Origin: Omnitrophica bacterium GWA2_41_15
GTDB lineage: Bacteria; Omnitrophota; Gorgyraeia; Gygaellales; UBA12090
NCBI GenBank assembly: GCA_919902675.1
Contig: CAKKRH010000016.1
Span: forward strand, 8,789-72,788
Length of the DNA stretch: 64,000 nucleotides
Direction of reading: 5' to 3'
Shown here: positions 1 to 8,357 of the stretch, one piece after another
Layout of the letters: every line of letters starts with the position of its first letter
How positions within the stretch are numbered: position 1 is the first letter of the stretch
The notes under the pieces: generated by a model
Told to the model about the DNA's origin: nothing
The model's database searches: none
Seen by the model: the letters and a program-made list of their open reading frames with translations, nothing else
Made by a program: the position numbers and the translations under genes

Positions 1-1
1 C

Positions 2-1744
2 AAGAAGGCGTTTATCAGCCTGGCCCTGGATATCATTGAGGCCCTGTATATCCCCAAGATAGACTCCCGTTATATAAACAAGCATATCCGGATAGAAAAC
101 CTTAAATTTTTGGATGAGGCCTTAAAAAAAGGAAAAGGAGCGATTCTCCTGGCCTATCATTTAGGCAACTGGGAGTTGTCTAATATCACCTGCAGCCTGG
201 AGGGATATGACTATAAGGTTATTGTCAATGAGCAAAGGTATCCGCTTTTAAATGAACTTTTAAACCGCTACCGCCAATCTAAAGGCTGTAAAATCATTCC
301 CCGGGGAATGGCCCTAAGAGAAATCATCAAGGCCTTAAAAAGTAATCAGGTAGTGGCGATGGCAGGAGACCAGGGCGGCAAGGAAGGTTATTTAAGCGAG
401 ATGTTTGGCCTGCCTATTTCCACGCCTAGTGGTTTTCTCAGGTTCGCCTTAAATACTCACTCGGCAATAATCCCGGCTATTATTGTCAGAGAACGCAGGT
501 TTTATCACCGGATTATCCTGGAGGCCCCGCTTGAGATACAGGGAAAAGATTCCCGGGAGGCCTTAGAAAATTGCCTGCGTAAGTCAAACGCGATCTTAGA
601 GCGCTATATCCGCGAGTATCCCCAGGAATATTTCTGGTTTTATAAAATATGGAAATACTCACCTTTTAAAAATGTGATAGTTTTATCCGACGGCAAGGCC
701 GGGCATCTGAGGCAGATGGAGGCTTTAGAGAGAATAGTTGGTGGCTTAGGACTTACGGTTTATAGCAAGATTATAGAAATAAGGTTTAAAAACAGGTTGG
801 CAAAAATACTGGCTAATGTTTGCGCCGGGTTTGGTTTGGATATTTTTGAGCTCTGTGTCCGTGAAGAATCTTATCTGGCCTTAAGGAGAGCGAGCGCGGA
901 CCTGGTTATTTCCTGCGGCGCGTCTTTGGCCGGGCTTAATTTGGCGATAGCTAGGGATAATTTGGCTCGTTCTGTATGCGTTATGAATCCGGGAATCGCG
1001 GGAAGAAGGAGATTTGATTTAGTGATTATGCCTAAGCACGACGGCTCGCGGCAGCGGAAAAATATCGTGATTACTGATGGCGCACTTAATTTGATCGATC
1101 AGGATTATTTAGACCGGCAAACTCAAGGCCTCCTTGAAGCGATTATTCCGGATAAGGCTTTGAATAACTCTATGGCTCTGGCTATAGGAAGCCGCACCAT
1201 CGCCCGCGGGCTTATCGGCGTATTAATCGGCGGGGATACCAAAAAATATAAATTAACCCAAAGATTAATCGCGATGGTTTCCTCCCAGATAAAAAAAGCG
1301 GCCTCGGATTTAGGAATGGACATACTGCTTACCACTTCTCGCAGGACGCCTCGGAAAGCTGAGGAGACGATTAAAAAGGAATTTGGCGGCTTAAAAGAAT
1401 GCCCGCTCCTGGTGATTGCCAATGAAAGAAATATCCCGCAGGCAGTAGGAGGGATTCTGGGGTTATGCGAATGTGTGGTTGTCTCCGGCGAGAGTATTTC
1501 AATGGTCTCGGAGGCGGCGGCTTCCGGTAAGTATGTCCTGGTTTTCAGGCTTAAAGGCACTTATTTAGGCAAAGAGGGCCGTCATGAGAGATTTTTAAGG
1601 AATTTGGAGAGTGAGGGTTATGTTCGGATAATCCAACCTGAGAATATCGCGGATAAAATTAAAGAGCTTATCCGGGATAGGCCGCCGATAAAGAAATTGG
1701 ATGACCGGGCCAAGGTTAAAGAAGCGATGAAAAAACTGCTATGA
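2..1744 (+). CDS. Lipid A late acyltransferase (LpxL/HtrB family) fused to a C-terminal ELM1/DUF1022-like domain; 5' end cut by window edge
   Basis: The frame is open from nt 2, with no stop upstream of the ATG at 110, so the gene begins outside the window. The N-part carries the acyltransferase blocks GAILLAYHLGNWE and VVAMAGDQ. The C-part, from VIVLSDGKAGHLRQ, carries the ELM1-family blocks GGDTKKY and LLTTSRRTP. Confidence 0.7.
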   Translation, partial: KKAFISLALDIIEALYIPKIDSRYINKHIRIENLKFLDEALKKGKGAILLAYHLGNWELSNITCSLEGYDYKVIVNEQRYPLLNELLNRYRQSKGCKIIPRGMALREIIKALKSNQVVAMAGDQGGKEGYLSEMFGLPISTPSGFLRFALNTHSAIIPAIIVRERRFYHRIILEAPLEIQGKDSREALENCLRKSNAILERYIREYPQEYFWFYKIWKYSPFKNVIVLSDGKAGHLRQMEALERIVGGLGLTVYSKIIEIRFKNRLAKILANVCAGFGLDIFELCVREESYLALRRASADLVISCGASLAGLNLAIARDNLARSVCVMNPGIAGRRRFDLVIMPKHDGSRQRKNIVITDGALNLIDQDYLDRQTQGLLEAIIPDKALNNSMALAIGSRTIARGLIGVLIGGDTKKYKLTQRLIAMVSSQIKKAASDLGMDILLTTSRRTPRKAEETIKKEFGGLKECPLLVIANERNIPQAVGGILGLCECVVVSGESISMVSEAAASGKYVLVFRLKGTYLGKEGRHERFLRNLESEGYVRIIQPENIADKIKELIRDRPPIKKLDDRAKVKEAMKKLL

Positions 1745-1749
1745 TAAAC

Positions 1750-1805
1750 TATCAGCTATCAGCAATCAGCAATCAGCTGAAAGCCGAAAGCTGAAAGCCG
1801 AAAGC
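1750..1805 (+). repeat. Heptamer-phased intercistronic hairpin: 4x (T/A)ATCAGC then 4x YGAAAGC
   Basis: It reads tatcagc tatcagc aatcagc aatcagc | tgaaagc cgaaagc tgaaagc cgaaagc. It fills the whole gap between the stop (1742-1747) and ATG 1808. Confidence 0.85.
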
Positions 1806-1807
1806 TG

Positions 1808-3895
1808 ATGAACATTCTGCAAATAGTACCTGAACTTAATTACGGCGGGGTGGAGACCGGGACGGTGGATTTGGCTAAGTATTTAATCAATGCCCGGCAT
1901 AAGGCGGTAGTGGTTTCCGCCGGCGGAGAGTTGGTAGACAGGCTTAAGGCCTTAGGCGCTGTTCATTATTCGCTGGCGGTTAATAAAAAATCCCTATTTT
2001 CAATTGTCCGGGCTTGTTCAGAGCTGGTAAAGATCATCCGAAAAGAAGATATCCAGGTAGTCCATGCCCGTTCCCGGGTTCCAGCCTGGAGCGCTTATTT
2101 TGCCGCCAAATTAACTAATGTTCCTTTTGTTACCACTTGTCACGGTTATTATTCCCGGCATATTTTAAGCCGGGTGATGGGCTGGGGAAAATTGGTAATT
2201 GTGCCCAGCCAGATAATCGGAAGGCGCATGATTGACGATTTCGCGGTATCCGCAGAGAGGATAAGGTTGATACCGCGCGGTGTGGATGCCGAAAATTTTA
2301 CCTTTATTTTGCCTGAGGAAAAAAGCCGTACTGAGTTTGTGATCGCCATTATCGCCAGGATTACTCCGATAAAAGGGCATCTTTGTTTTATCAAAGCAAT
2401 CCAGCGGGTCTACCGTAGTATTCCTAATATTAAGGTCTGGATTATCGGCACAGCCCCCAAATCCAAGTCTCATTATAAAGAGGACCTGGAGATTCTAGTC
2501 AAGCGTTTGGGATTGGCGCATATTGTAGAATTTTTAGGCAAGAGAAACGACATTTCTCAGCTTTTTTCTAAAATCAATCTTTTGGTTATGGCCTCAACTA
2601 CCCACGAGGCCTTTGGTCGGGTGATTGTCGAGGCTCAAGTATCCGGGGTTCCGGTAGTGGCTACACGGGTAGGTGGAGTGGTGGATATTATTGAGCCCGG
2701 CGTGGATGGGCTCCTCTGTGTTCCTAAAGATTCTGAAGGTATGGCTGAGGCAATTATCAGGATTTTGAGGGATAATGAACTAAGCTCTCTATTAGCCAAA
2801 AACGGCCGGCTTAAGGCGCTTTCAAAATTTAACTTGGAGAAAATGGCTAAAGACACCCTGGAGGTTTATCAGGAGGCAGTTGGTTTTAAAAGAATTCTGA
2901 TAATAAAACTGAGCGCTTTGGGTGATCTTATACTCTCGATTCCGGCCTTAAAGGCGCTACGCAAGAAATATCCTCCTTCTCATCAGATAACCCTGCTCAC
3001 CGGCCAGGCGATAGCCGCGGTAGTAAGTAATTGTCCTTATTTGGATGAGGTAATGGTGTATGATTTTAAAGAGAACGATAAGGGCATCTTTAAGCTTTTT
3101 CGCCTGGGTAAGGAATTAAGAAGAAAGAATTTTGATATGGTTGTTGACCTGCAGAATAACCGCAAGAGCCATATCCTTTGCGCTCTTTCTTTGGCTTCGC
3201 TAAGATGCGGATATCAAAACAAGAAGTTTAGCTTTTTGCTTAATCGTAAGGTCATAGAAGATAAATTTATCCTGGGGCCGCTGGAACATCAGTTCCGGAT
3301 TTTAAATCTGCTGGATATTGAACTCAAGGACAGAAAGATTGAACTTTGGCCTTCAAAAGATGATGAGAGATATATCGATGATTTTTTAAATTCAGAATGG
3401 TTAAGCGGGAGTCAGATTTTGGTGGGGGTTCACCTTAGTTCTTCCCAGAAGTGGCTTACCAAGCGCTGGCCGCTGGAATATATCGCTCATCTGGCCGAAG
3501 AGCTGGCTTTAAGGGATATTCGCGTGGTTATAACCGGAGAAAGAATGCCCCGAGAAGAATTGAGAGTTTTTAACGAGTTGACCAAGAAGTCCAGGCCGAT
3601 TATGGCCTGCGGAAAAACCACCATAAACCAGCTTGCCTGCCTGATTAAACGCTGTAATGTATTTATTTCAGGTGATACCGCGCCGTTACATATTGCCTCC
3701 GGCGTAGGCACGCCGGTAATCGCGCTATTCGGCCCGACTGACCCCCGCCGGCATATCTCCTCGGAAAAAGACGCGTTGATTTTAAAAAAGGAGTTAGAGT
3801 GCCAGCCCTGCTATAAGCCAAAATGCGTATCCATAGAGTGTATGAAGAAGATAAGCGTGGATGAGGTTAAAGAGGCGGTGTTAAAACTGTTATAA
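1808..3895 (+). CDS. Two-domain glycosyltransferase: N-terminal GT4 (WaaG-like) fused to C-terminal GT9 (heptosyltransferase-like)
   Basis: 695-aa ORF. The N-half has the GT4 E-x7-E block EAFGRVIVEAQVSGVPVVATRVGG. The C-half has ILIIKLSALGDLILSIPALKALR and ISGDTAPLHIASGVGTPVIALFGPT, the same signature seen in the GT9 ORFs at 5899 and 6911. Confidence 0.8.
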   Translation: MNILQIVPELNYGGVETGTVDLAKYLINARHKAVVVSAGGELVDRLKALGAVHYSLAVNKKSLFSIVRACSELVKIIRKEDIQVVHARSRVPAWSAYFAAKLTNVPFVTTCHGYYSRHILSRVMGWGKLVIVPSQIIGRRMIDDFAVSAERIRLIPRGVDAENFTFILPEEKSRTEFVIAIIARITPIKGHLCFIKAIQRVYRSIPNIKVWIIGTAPKSKSHYKEDLEILVKRLGLAHIVEFLGKRNDISQLFSKINLLVMASTTHEAFGRVIVEAQVSGVPVVATRVGGVVDIIEPGVDGLLCVPKDSEGMAEAIIRILRDNELSSLLAKNGRLKALSKFNLEKMAKDTLEVYQEAVGFKRILIIKLSALGDLILSIPALKALRKKYPPSHQITLLTGQAIAAVVSNCPYLDEVMVYDFKENDKGIFKLFRLGKELRRKNFDMVVDLQNNRKSHILCALSLASLRCGYQNKKFSFLLNRKVIEDKFILGPLEHQFRILNLLDIELKDRKIELWPSKDDERYIDDFLNSEWLSGSQILVGVHLSSSQKWLTKRWPLEYIAHLAEELALRDIRVVITGERMPREELRVFNELTKKSRPIMACGKTTINQLACLIKRCNVFISGDTAPLHIASGVGTPVIALFGPTDPRRHISSEKDALILKKELECQPCYKPKCVSIECMKKISVDEVKEAVLKLL

Positions 3896-3900
3896 TAAGC

Positions 3901-3949
3901 TATCAGCTTTCAGCTGTCAGCAGTCAGCCGAAAGCCGAAAGCCGAAAGC
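3901..3949 (+). repeat. Heptamer-phased intercistronic hairpin: 4x NNTCAGC then 3x CGAAAGC
   Basis: tatcagc tttcagc tgtcagc agtcagc | cgaaagc x3. It is preceded by TAATAAGC and followed by cg + ATG 3952. Confidence 0.85.
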
Positions 3950-3951
3950 CG

Positions 3952-5046
3952 ATGAACATTTTAATTCTGGCTAATCATTTCAATCCCGGAGGAATATCCA
4001 GCTATATCTTGAATTTGGCTCAAGGATTAACTGTCAGAGGGCATAAGGTATATATCGGCTCCGCGGGCGGTGAGTGGGTGGAAAGGCTTACGAAAAATAA
4101 TATAGAACATATCAATCTGCCTTTAAAGACCAAATCCATAATCAGCCCGAAGCTTTTGTTTTCTTATTTTATCCTGAAGAAAGCCCTGAAGGATAAACGC
4201 GTCGACATAATCCACAGCCAGACCCGGGTTACCAGCGTATTGGCTTATTGGTTATCCGCGAAGACCGCCATACCTTTTGTTTCTACCGCCCACGGTTTTT
4301 TCAAGCCGCGCTGGGAGAGATTGAGGTTTCCTTGCTGGGGGGATTTGGTTATTGCCATCTCCCATGCGGTTAAAGAGCATTTAATCCGGGATTTTAAAGT
4401 TGCCCCGGATAAAATAAGATTGGTGCGTAACGGAATAAAGGTCGCCAGTCTCCAGTCGCCAGTCTCCAGAAGAAAAGAGATAAAAGAAGAATTCGGCTTG
4501 AAAGATGGGCCGGTGGTGGGGATTATCGCCCGGCTTTCTGAGGTCAAAGGGCATAAATACCTGATCCAGGCTATGAGTGAGGTTGCCGCGGAAATCCCAG
4601 AGGTTCAGCTTTTGAGTGTGGGTGACGGCGCGATAAAAAAAGAATTAGAGGATCTCGCGCTCTCTCTGGGTATTTTAGAGCGCGCGCGTTTTATTCCGGC
4701 GGTCGCCGACACCCGGGAGGCGCTTTCGGTAATGGATGTTTTTGTGATGCCCTCTTTGCAGGAAGGATTAGGTTTGTCCATAATGGAGGCGATGCTTTCC
4801 GGCCTGGCGGTAGCTGCTTCCTCGGTCGGAGGCATACCCTCTTTGATCAAAGACGGGCAAACCGGGATCCTGGTTAGGCCTAAAGACGCCTCCGCCTTAG
4901 CTAAGGCGATAATCAGCCTGTTAAAGGATAATAAAAAGGCATTCGAACTAGGCGAAAATGCCCGGGAATTGATTGTAAAAGAATTTTCTTTAGAGAGAAT
5001 GATTCATGAAACAGAAGAGGTTTACAGACTATGCCTAAGGCGATAA
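3952..5046 (+). CDS. Glycosyltransferase family 4
   Basis: 364 aa. It starts MNILILANHFNPGGISSY and has the E-x7-E block EGLGLSIMEAMLSGLAVAASSVGG. Confidence 0.8.
   Translation: MNILILANHFNPGGISSYILNLAQGLTVRGHKVYIGSAGGEWVERLTKNNIEHINLPLKTKSIISPKLLFSYFILKKALKDKRVDIIHSQTRVTSVLAYWLSAKTAIPFVSTAHGFFKPRWERLRFPCWGDLVIAISHAVKEHLIRDFKVAPDKIRLVRNGIKVASLQSPVSRRKEIKEEFGLKDGPVVGIIARLSEVKGHKYLIQAMSEVAAEIPEVQLLSVGDGAIKKELEDLALSLGILERARFIPAVADTREALSVMDVFVMPSLQEGLGLSIMEAMLSGLAVAASSVGGIPSLIKDGQTGILVRPKDASALAKAIISLLKDNKKAFELGENARELIVKEFSLERMIHETEEVYRLCLRR
4441..4468 (+). repeat. In-CDS tandem 14-mer x2 (= 4 heptamers gtcgcca gtctcca)
   Basis: gtcgccagtctcca gtcgccagtctcca inside the GT4 gene, encoding VASLQSPVS. 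Confidence 0.85.
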
Positions 5047-5834
5047 AATTCGGGTTACTATTTCTGCTTTTTTCTTTTTTCAGCTTTTTAATCTGGATAG
5101 GCACACTGCTTAAGCATTATACCGTGCCTATCTTGATGTATCACTATGTCAATAACGAAGAACCGTTAAAAAGCAGGCTGGGCGTGAGTCCGGAGAGCTT
5201 TGAAAGGCAGATGCGTTTCTTAAGAGAACGTAAATACAATATTGTTTCCCTGGAGGAGTTAACCGATCTGATAAAGAATAAGAAAAAGATACCTCCTATG
5301 ACCGTGGCCGTTACCTTTGACGACGGCTATCTGGATAATTATACTCACGCCTACCCGGTGCTAAAGAAATATAATATCCCGGCGGCTATTTTCGTGGTGA
5401 TTAACCGGATAGGTAAGCATTTAGTAAATGATGATTATATGTCCTGGAGCCAGATTAGAGAGATCTCTGAAAGCGGCCTGATTACTATCGGAAGCCATAG
5501 TATGAGTCATCCTAACTTAAGCGAGATTAGTTTGGAAGAACAGCTGAAAGAGGAAATCCTTGAGTCAAAAAAAATATTGGAAAAGGAATTGAATCAAGAG
5601 GTTAAATTCTTCAGTTATCCTTTTGGCGGCCGGAGCCCTGAGGCATGCCGGATTGTATCTTTATCCGGCTATAAGGCAGCCGTGGGAACCAATTTTCCTA
5701 AAGGCTCTCCTGGCGACGACATCTATGCCTTAAAAAGACTGCGTATTTCGGAAAACTGCCGGAACCTGTTTATTTTCTGGGTGGAAGTATCCGGCTTTTA
5801 TACACATATCAAAGAGCAGAGGGATGACTACTAA
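5031..5834 (+). CDS. Polysaccharide deacetylase (CE4 / NodB homology domain), N-terminal TM anchor
   Basis: NodB motifs VAVTFDDGY and IGSHSMSHPNL, plus a hydrophobic N-terminus. It overlaps the preceding gene by 16 nt. Confidence 0.8.
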   Translation: MPKAIKFGLLFLLFSFFSFLIWIGTLLKHYTVPILMYHYVNNEEPLKSRLGVSPESFERQMRFLRERKYNIVSLEELTDLIKNKKKIPPMTVAVTFDDGYLDNYTHAYPVLKKYNIPAAIFVVINRIGKHLVNDDYMSWSQIREISESGLITIGSHSMSHPNLSEISLEEQLKEEILESKKILEKELNQEVKFFSYPFGGRSPEACRIVSLSGYKAAVGTNFPKGSPGDDIYALKRLRISENCRNLFIFWVEVSGFYTHIKEQRDDY

Positions 5835-5840
5835 ATAAGC

Positions 5841-5896
5841 TTTCAGCTCTCAGCTTTTAGCAATCAGCCGAAAGCCGAAAGCCGAAAGCCGAAAGC
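5841..5896 (+). repeat. Heptamer-phased intercistronic hairpin: 4x NNT(C/T)AGC then 4x CGAAAGC
   Basis: tttcagc tctcagc ttttagc aatcagc | cgaaagc x4. It is preceded by TAAATAAGC and followed by aa + ATG 5899. Confidence 0.85.
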
Positions 5897-5898
5897 AA

Positions 5899-6957
5899 AT
5901 GAATATTCTTATCGTCGAAGTGAACTGGCTGGGGGATGTGTTGTTTTCTACTCCGGCTATTAAGGTGCTAAGGAAGCAATTTCCGGATAGCCGTATCAGT
6001 TGTCTGATTGTCCCCAGAGTGAAAGAGGTATTAGAGAATAATCCTTATATTGATGAGCTTATTATCAATGATGAAGAGGGCCTGCATAAGGGATTTTTTG
6101 GCCGGTTGAAATTAGTTAAGGCCTTAAAAAGTAAGAATTTTGATTTGGCGGTTTTTTTTCATCGTTCTTTCTCCCGGGCATTAATTGCTTATCTGGCCGG
6201 GATTCCCAGGAGGCTGGGCTATGCTACCTGGAAAAGAAGATTCCTCTTAACCGAAGCCATACCAATGCCTAAAAAAGACAGCCTGCACCGGGTGGACCAT
6301 TATCTAAACATAGTTAAACCATTGGGATGCGCTGTGGATGATAGGCAATATGAATTTTTCTTGAGCCAAGAAGACGAAAGGTTCGCCGAAGATTTCTGGA
6401 ATAAGGAAGGCTTAAAAAAGGACGACTGGACGGTTTGTTTAAATCCGGGAGGCAACTGGGGCCCTAAGCGCTGGCCAAAAGAGAATTTTGCCTCACTCGC
6501 CGACAGGCTTATCCGCGAGTATCAAGCCAAAATAATTTTTAGCGGCTCAAAAGATGATATTTTGCTGATAAAAGAGATAACCCGGATGATGGAGCAAAAA
6601 GAATTCAGCGTATCCGCCGGATATACCAATCTTAAAGCTGCCGGGGCTATTTTTAAAAAGGCGAATCTGACGATTTCCGGGGATTCTGGGCCTTTACATA
6701 TCGCCGCCAGTGTCGGGGCGACTGTCCTGGCCTTATTCGGCCCGACCTCGCCCGCAATCACCGGGCCGATCGGCTCAGGCAGAATCGCGCTTATGCATAA
6801 GCCGCTGGAGTGCCGGGTTCCTTGTTATGACGCGGCCTGTAATGATAACCGCTGTATGCGGGAAATTAAAGTTGAAGATGTATTGGCAGAGGTGAAGAAG
6901 CTAGAGGAGGATGCTCATAGAAATGAAGTTTACGCGGCGGAAAAAAAATTACTTTAG
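5899..6957 (+). CDS. Glycosyltransferase family 9 (LPS heptosyltransferase-like)
   Basis: ILIVEVNWLGDVLFSTPAIKVLRK at the N-terminus, and ISGDSGPLHIAASVGATVLALFGPT. Confidence 0.8.
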   Translation: MNILIVEVNWLGDVLFSTPAIKVLRKQFPDSRISCLIVPRVKEVLENNPYIDELIINDEEGLHKGFFGRLKLVKALKSKNFDLAVFFHRSFSRALIAYLAGIPRRLGYATWKRRFLLTEAIPMPKKDSLHRVDHYLNIVKPLGCAVDDRQYEFFLSQEDERFAEDFWNKEGLKKDDWTVCLNPGGNWGPKRWPKENFASLADRLIREYQAKIIFSGSKDDILLIKEITRMMEQKEFSVSAGYTNLKAAGAIFKKANLTISGDSGPLHIAASVGATVLALFGPTSPAITGPIGSGRIALMHKPLECRVPCYDAACNDNRCMREIKVEDVLAEVKKLEEDAHRNEVYAAEKKLL

Positions 6958-7984
6958 CCGGATTTTGGTGGTGCGCACGGATAGAATCGGGGATGTGGTC
7001 TTAACCACCCCGGTCTTAAAAGCCTTAAGGGAAAATTATCCCGCGAGCCATATTGCTATGATGGTTAATCCCCAGACCAAAGAACTGCTTGAGGGCAATC
7101 CTTATCTTAACGAGGTAATTGTGTATGATAAGGATAAAAAAGATAAAGGGATGCTGGGCTTCTGGAGATTTGTCTTGGAATTAAAAAGAAAAAGATTTGA
7201 TTTAGCTATAGTGCTGCATACTAAAAACCGCCTTAATCTGATTACCTATCTTGCCGATATCAAGCGCCGGGCCGGCTACAAAAATAATAAATTCGGCTTT
7301 TTGCTCACGGATAAACTGATGGATATCCGACCTCTGGGCCTAAAACACGAGGTTGATTATTGTCTGGATATTCTAAGAAAGCTTGGCCTGAAAATAAGCG
7401 ATAAGATTCCTTATTTGGCAGTTAAAAATGAAGATATGGATTCAGTGGGTAATATTCTTGAGGCTCTGGGCGTAAACCGCGATACCAGGATTGCCGCTAT
7501 TCATCCCGGCTCAAGCTGTATTTCCAAGCGTTGGCCAAGAGAGAGATTTGTGGTTTTGGCTAACCGGCTGGTCGAGGATTATGGCCTGAAGGTTATTCTG
7601 ATTGCTTCAGGTGAAGAGAATGAGGCTATTGCTGATGAGATAGCCAGGCAGATAAGATATCCGGTTCTGAATCTATCCGGAAAATTGTCTCTGGGCCAAG
7701 TATCCGCGCTTTTAAAACGTTGTGTTATTTTTATCTCTAATGACTCTGGCCCGGTGCATATTGCCAGCGCCGTGGGCACGCCGGTAGTCTCTATCTTTGG
7801 CCGTAACCAGGCTGGTTTAAGCCCGGCGCGCTGGGCCCCGGTAGGGAGAAAAGACGCGTATCTGCATAAAGAGGTGGGTTGCTCGATATGCCTGGCGCAT
7901 AATTGTAATATCGGTTTTGACTGTTTGAAGGCCATAACCGTGGATGATCTGTTAAAGGCAGTTGACGATATCCTCAAACCGTGA
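6911..7984 (+). CDS. Glycosyltransferase family 9 (LPS heptosyltransferase-like)
   Basis: ILVVRTDRIGDVVLTTPVLKALRE and ISNDSGPVHIASAVGTPVVSIFG. The start is ambiguous: ATG 6911 lies 1 nt after AGGAGG, and ATG 6923 (MKFTRRKK) is equally plausible. Confidence 0.8.
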   Translation: MLIEMKFTRRKKNYFSRILVVRTDRIGDVVLTTPVLKALRENYPASHIAMMVNPQTKELLEGNPYLNEVIVYDKDKKDKGMLGFWRFVLELKRKRFDLAIVLHTKNRLNLITYLADIKRRAGYKNNKFGFLLTDKLMDIRPLGLKHEVDYCLDILRKLGLKISDKIPYLAVKNEDMDSVGNILEALGVNRDTRIAAIHPGSSCISKRWPRERFVVLANRLVEDYGLKVILIASGEENEAIADEIARQIRYPVLNLSGKLSLGQVSALLKRCVIFISNDSGPVHIASAVGTPVVSIFGRNQAGLSPARWAPVGRKDAYLHKEVGCSICLAHNCNIGFDCLKAITVDDLLKAVDDILKP

Positions 7985-8128
7985 TAATATATTATGTTAA
8001 AATTAGCCCAAAATCAATCCTTCCGACACCATGGCCTAAAGACCGTGGTTTGTTCAGGATTGATACTAAAGAGCGGCGTAACCTTTTCCCTCCCTAAAGA
8101 GACTGTGCCAAATGAGCATTTTTTGAGG

Positions 8129-8189
8129 GATAGGCGGGACATTCTTGTCCCGCTCTCGACGAGGCGGGGTTAGAAAACCCCGCCTATCC
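8129..8189 (+). repeat. GC-rich double-hairpin repeat, copy 1
   Basis: gataggcgggacattcttgtcccgc…ggcggggttagaaaaccccgcctatcc. The stems are gcgggac/gtcccgc and ggcggggt/accccgcc. A near-identical copy lies at 35282. Confidence 0.85.
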
Positions 8190-8357
8190 GGCAAGAAAAA
8201 GCCATTATGACCCAGTCTCTAAAGGGCGGGGTTTCACTTCGGCTTCGCTTGAGTGTCCTTCGCAGAAGTGTCCTGAGCCTGTCGAAGGAGAACGCCGCCG
8301 AATGTATCAAAGGTGAGCTAATTGTTTTTGGTTGTTTATTTTTAAATTATACATAGA

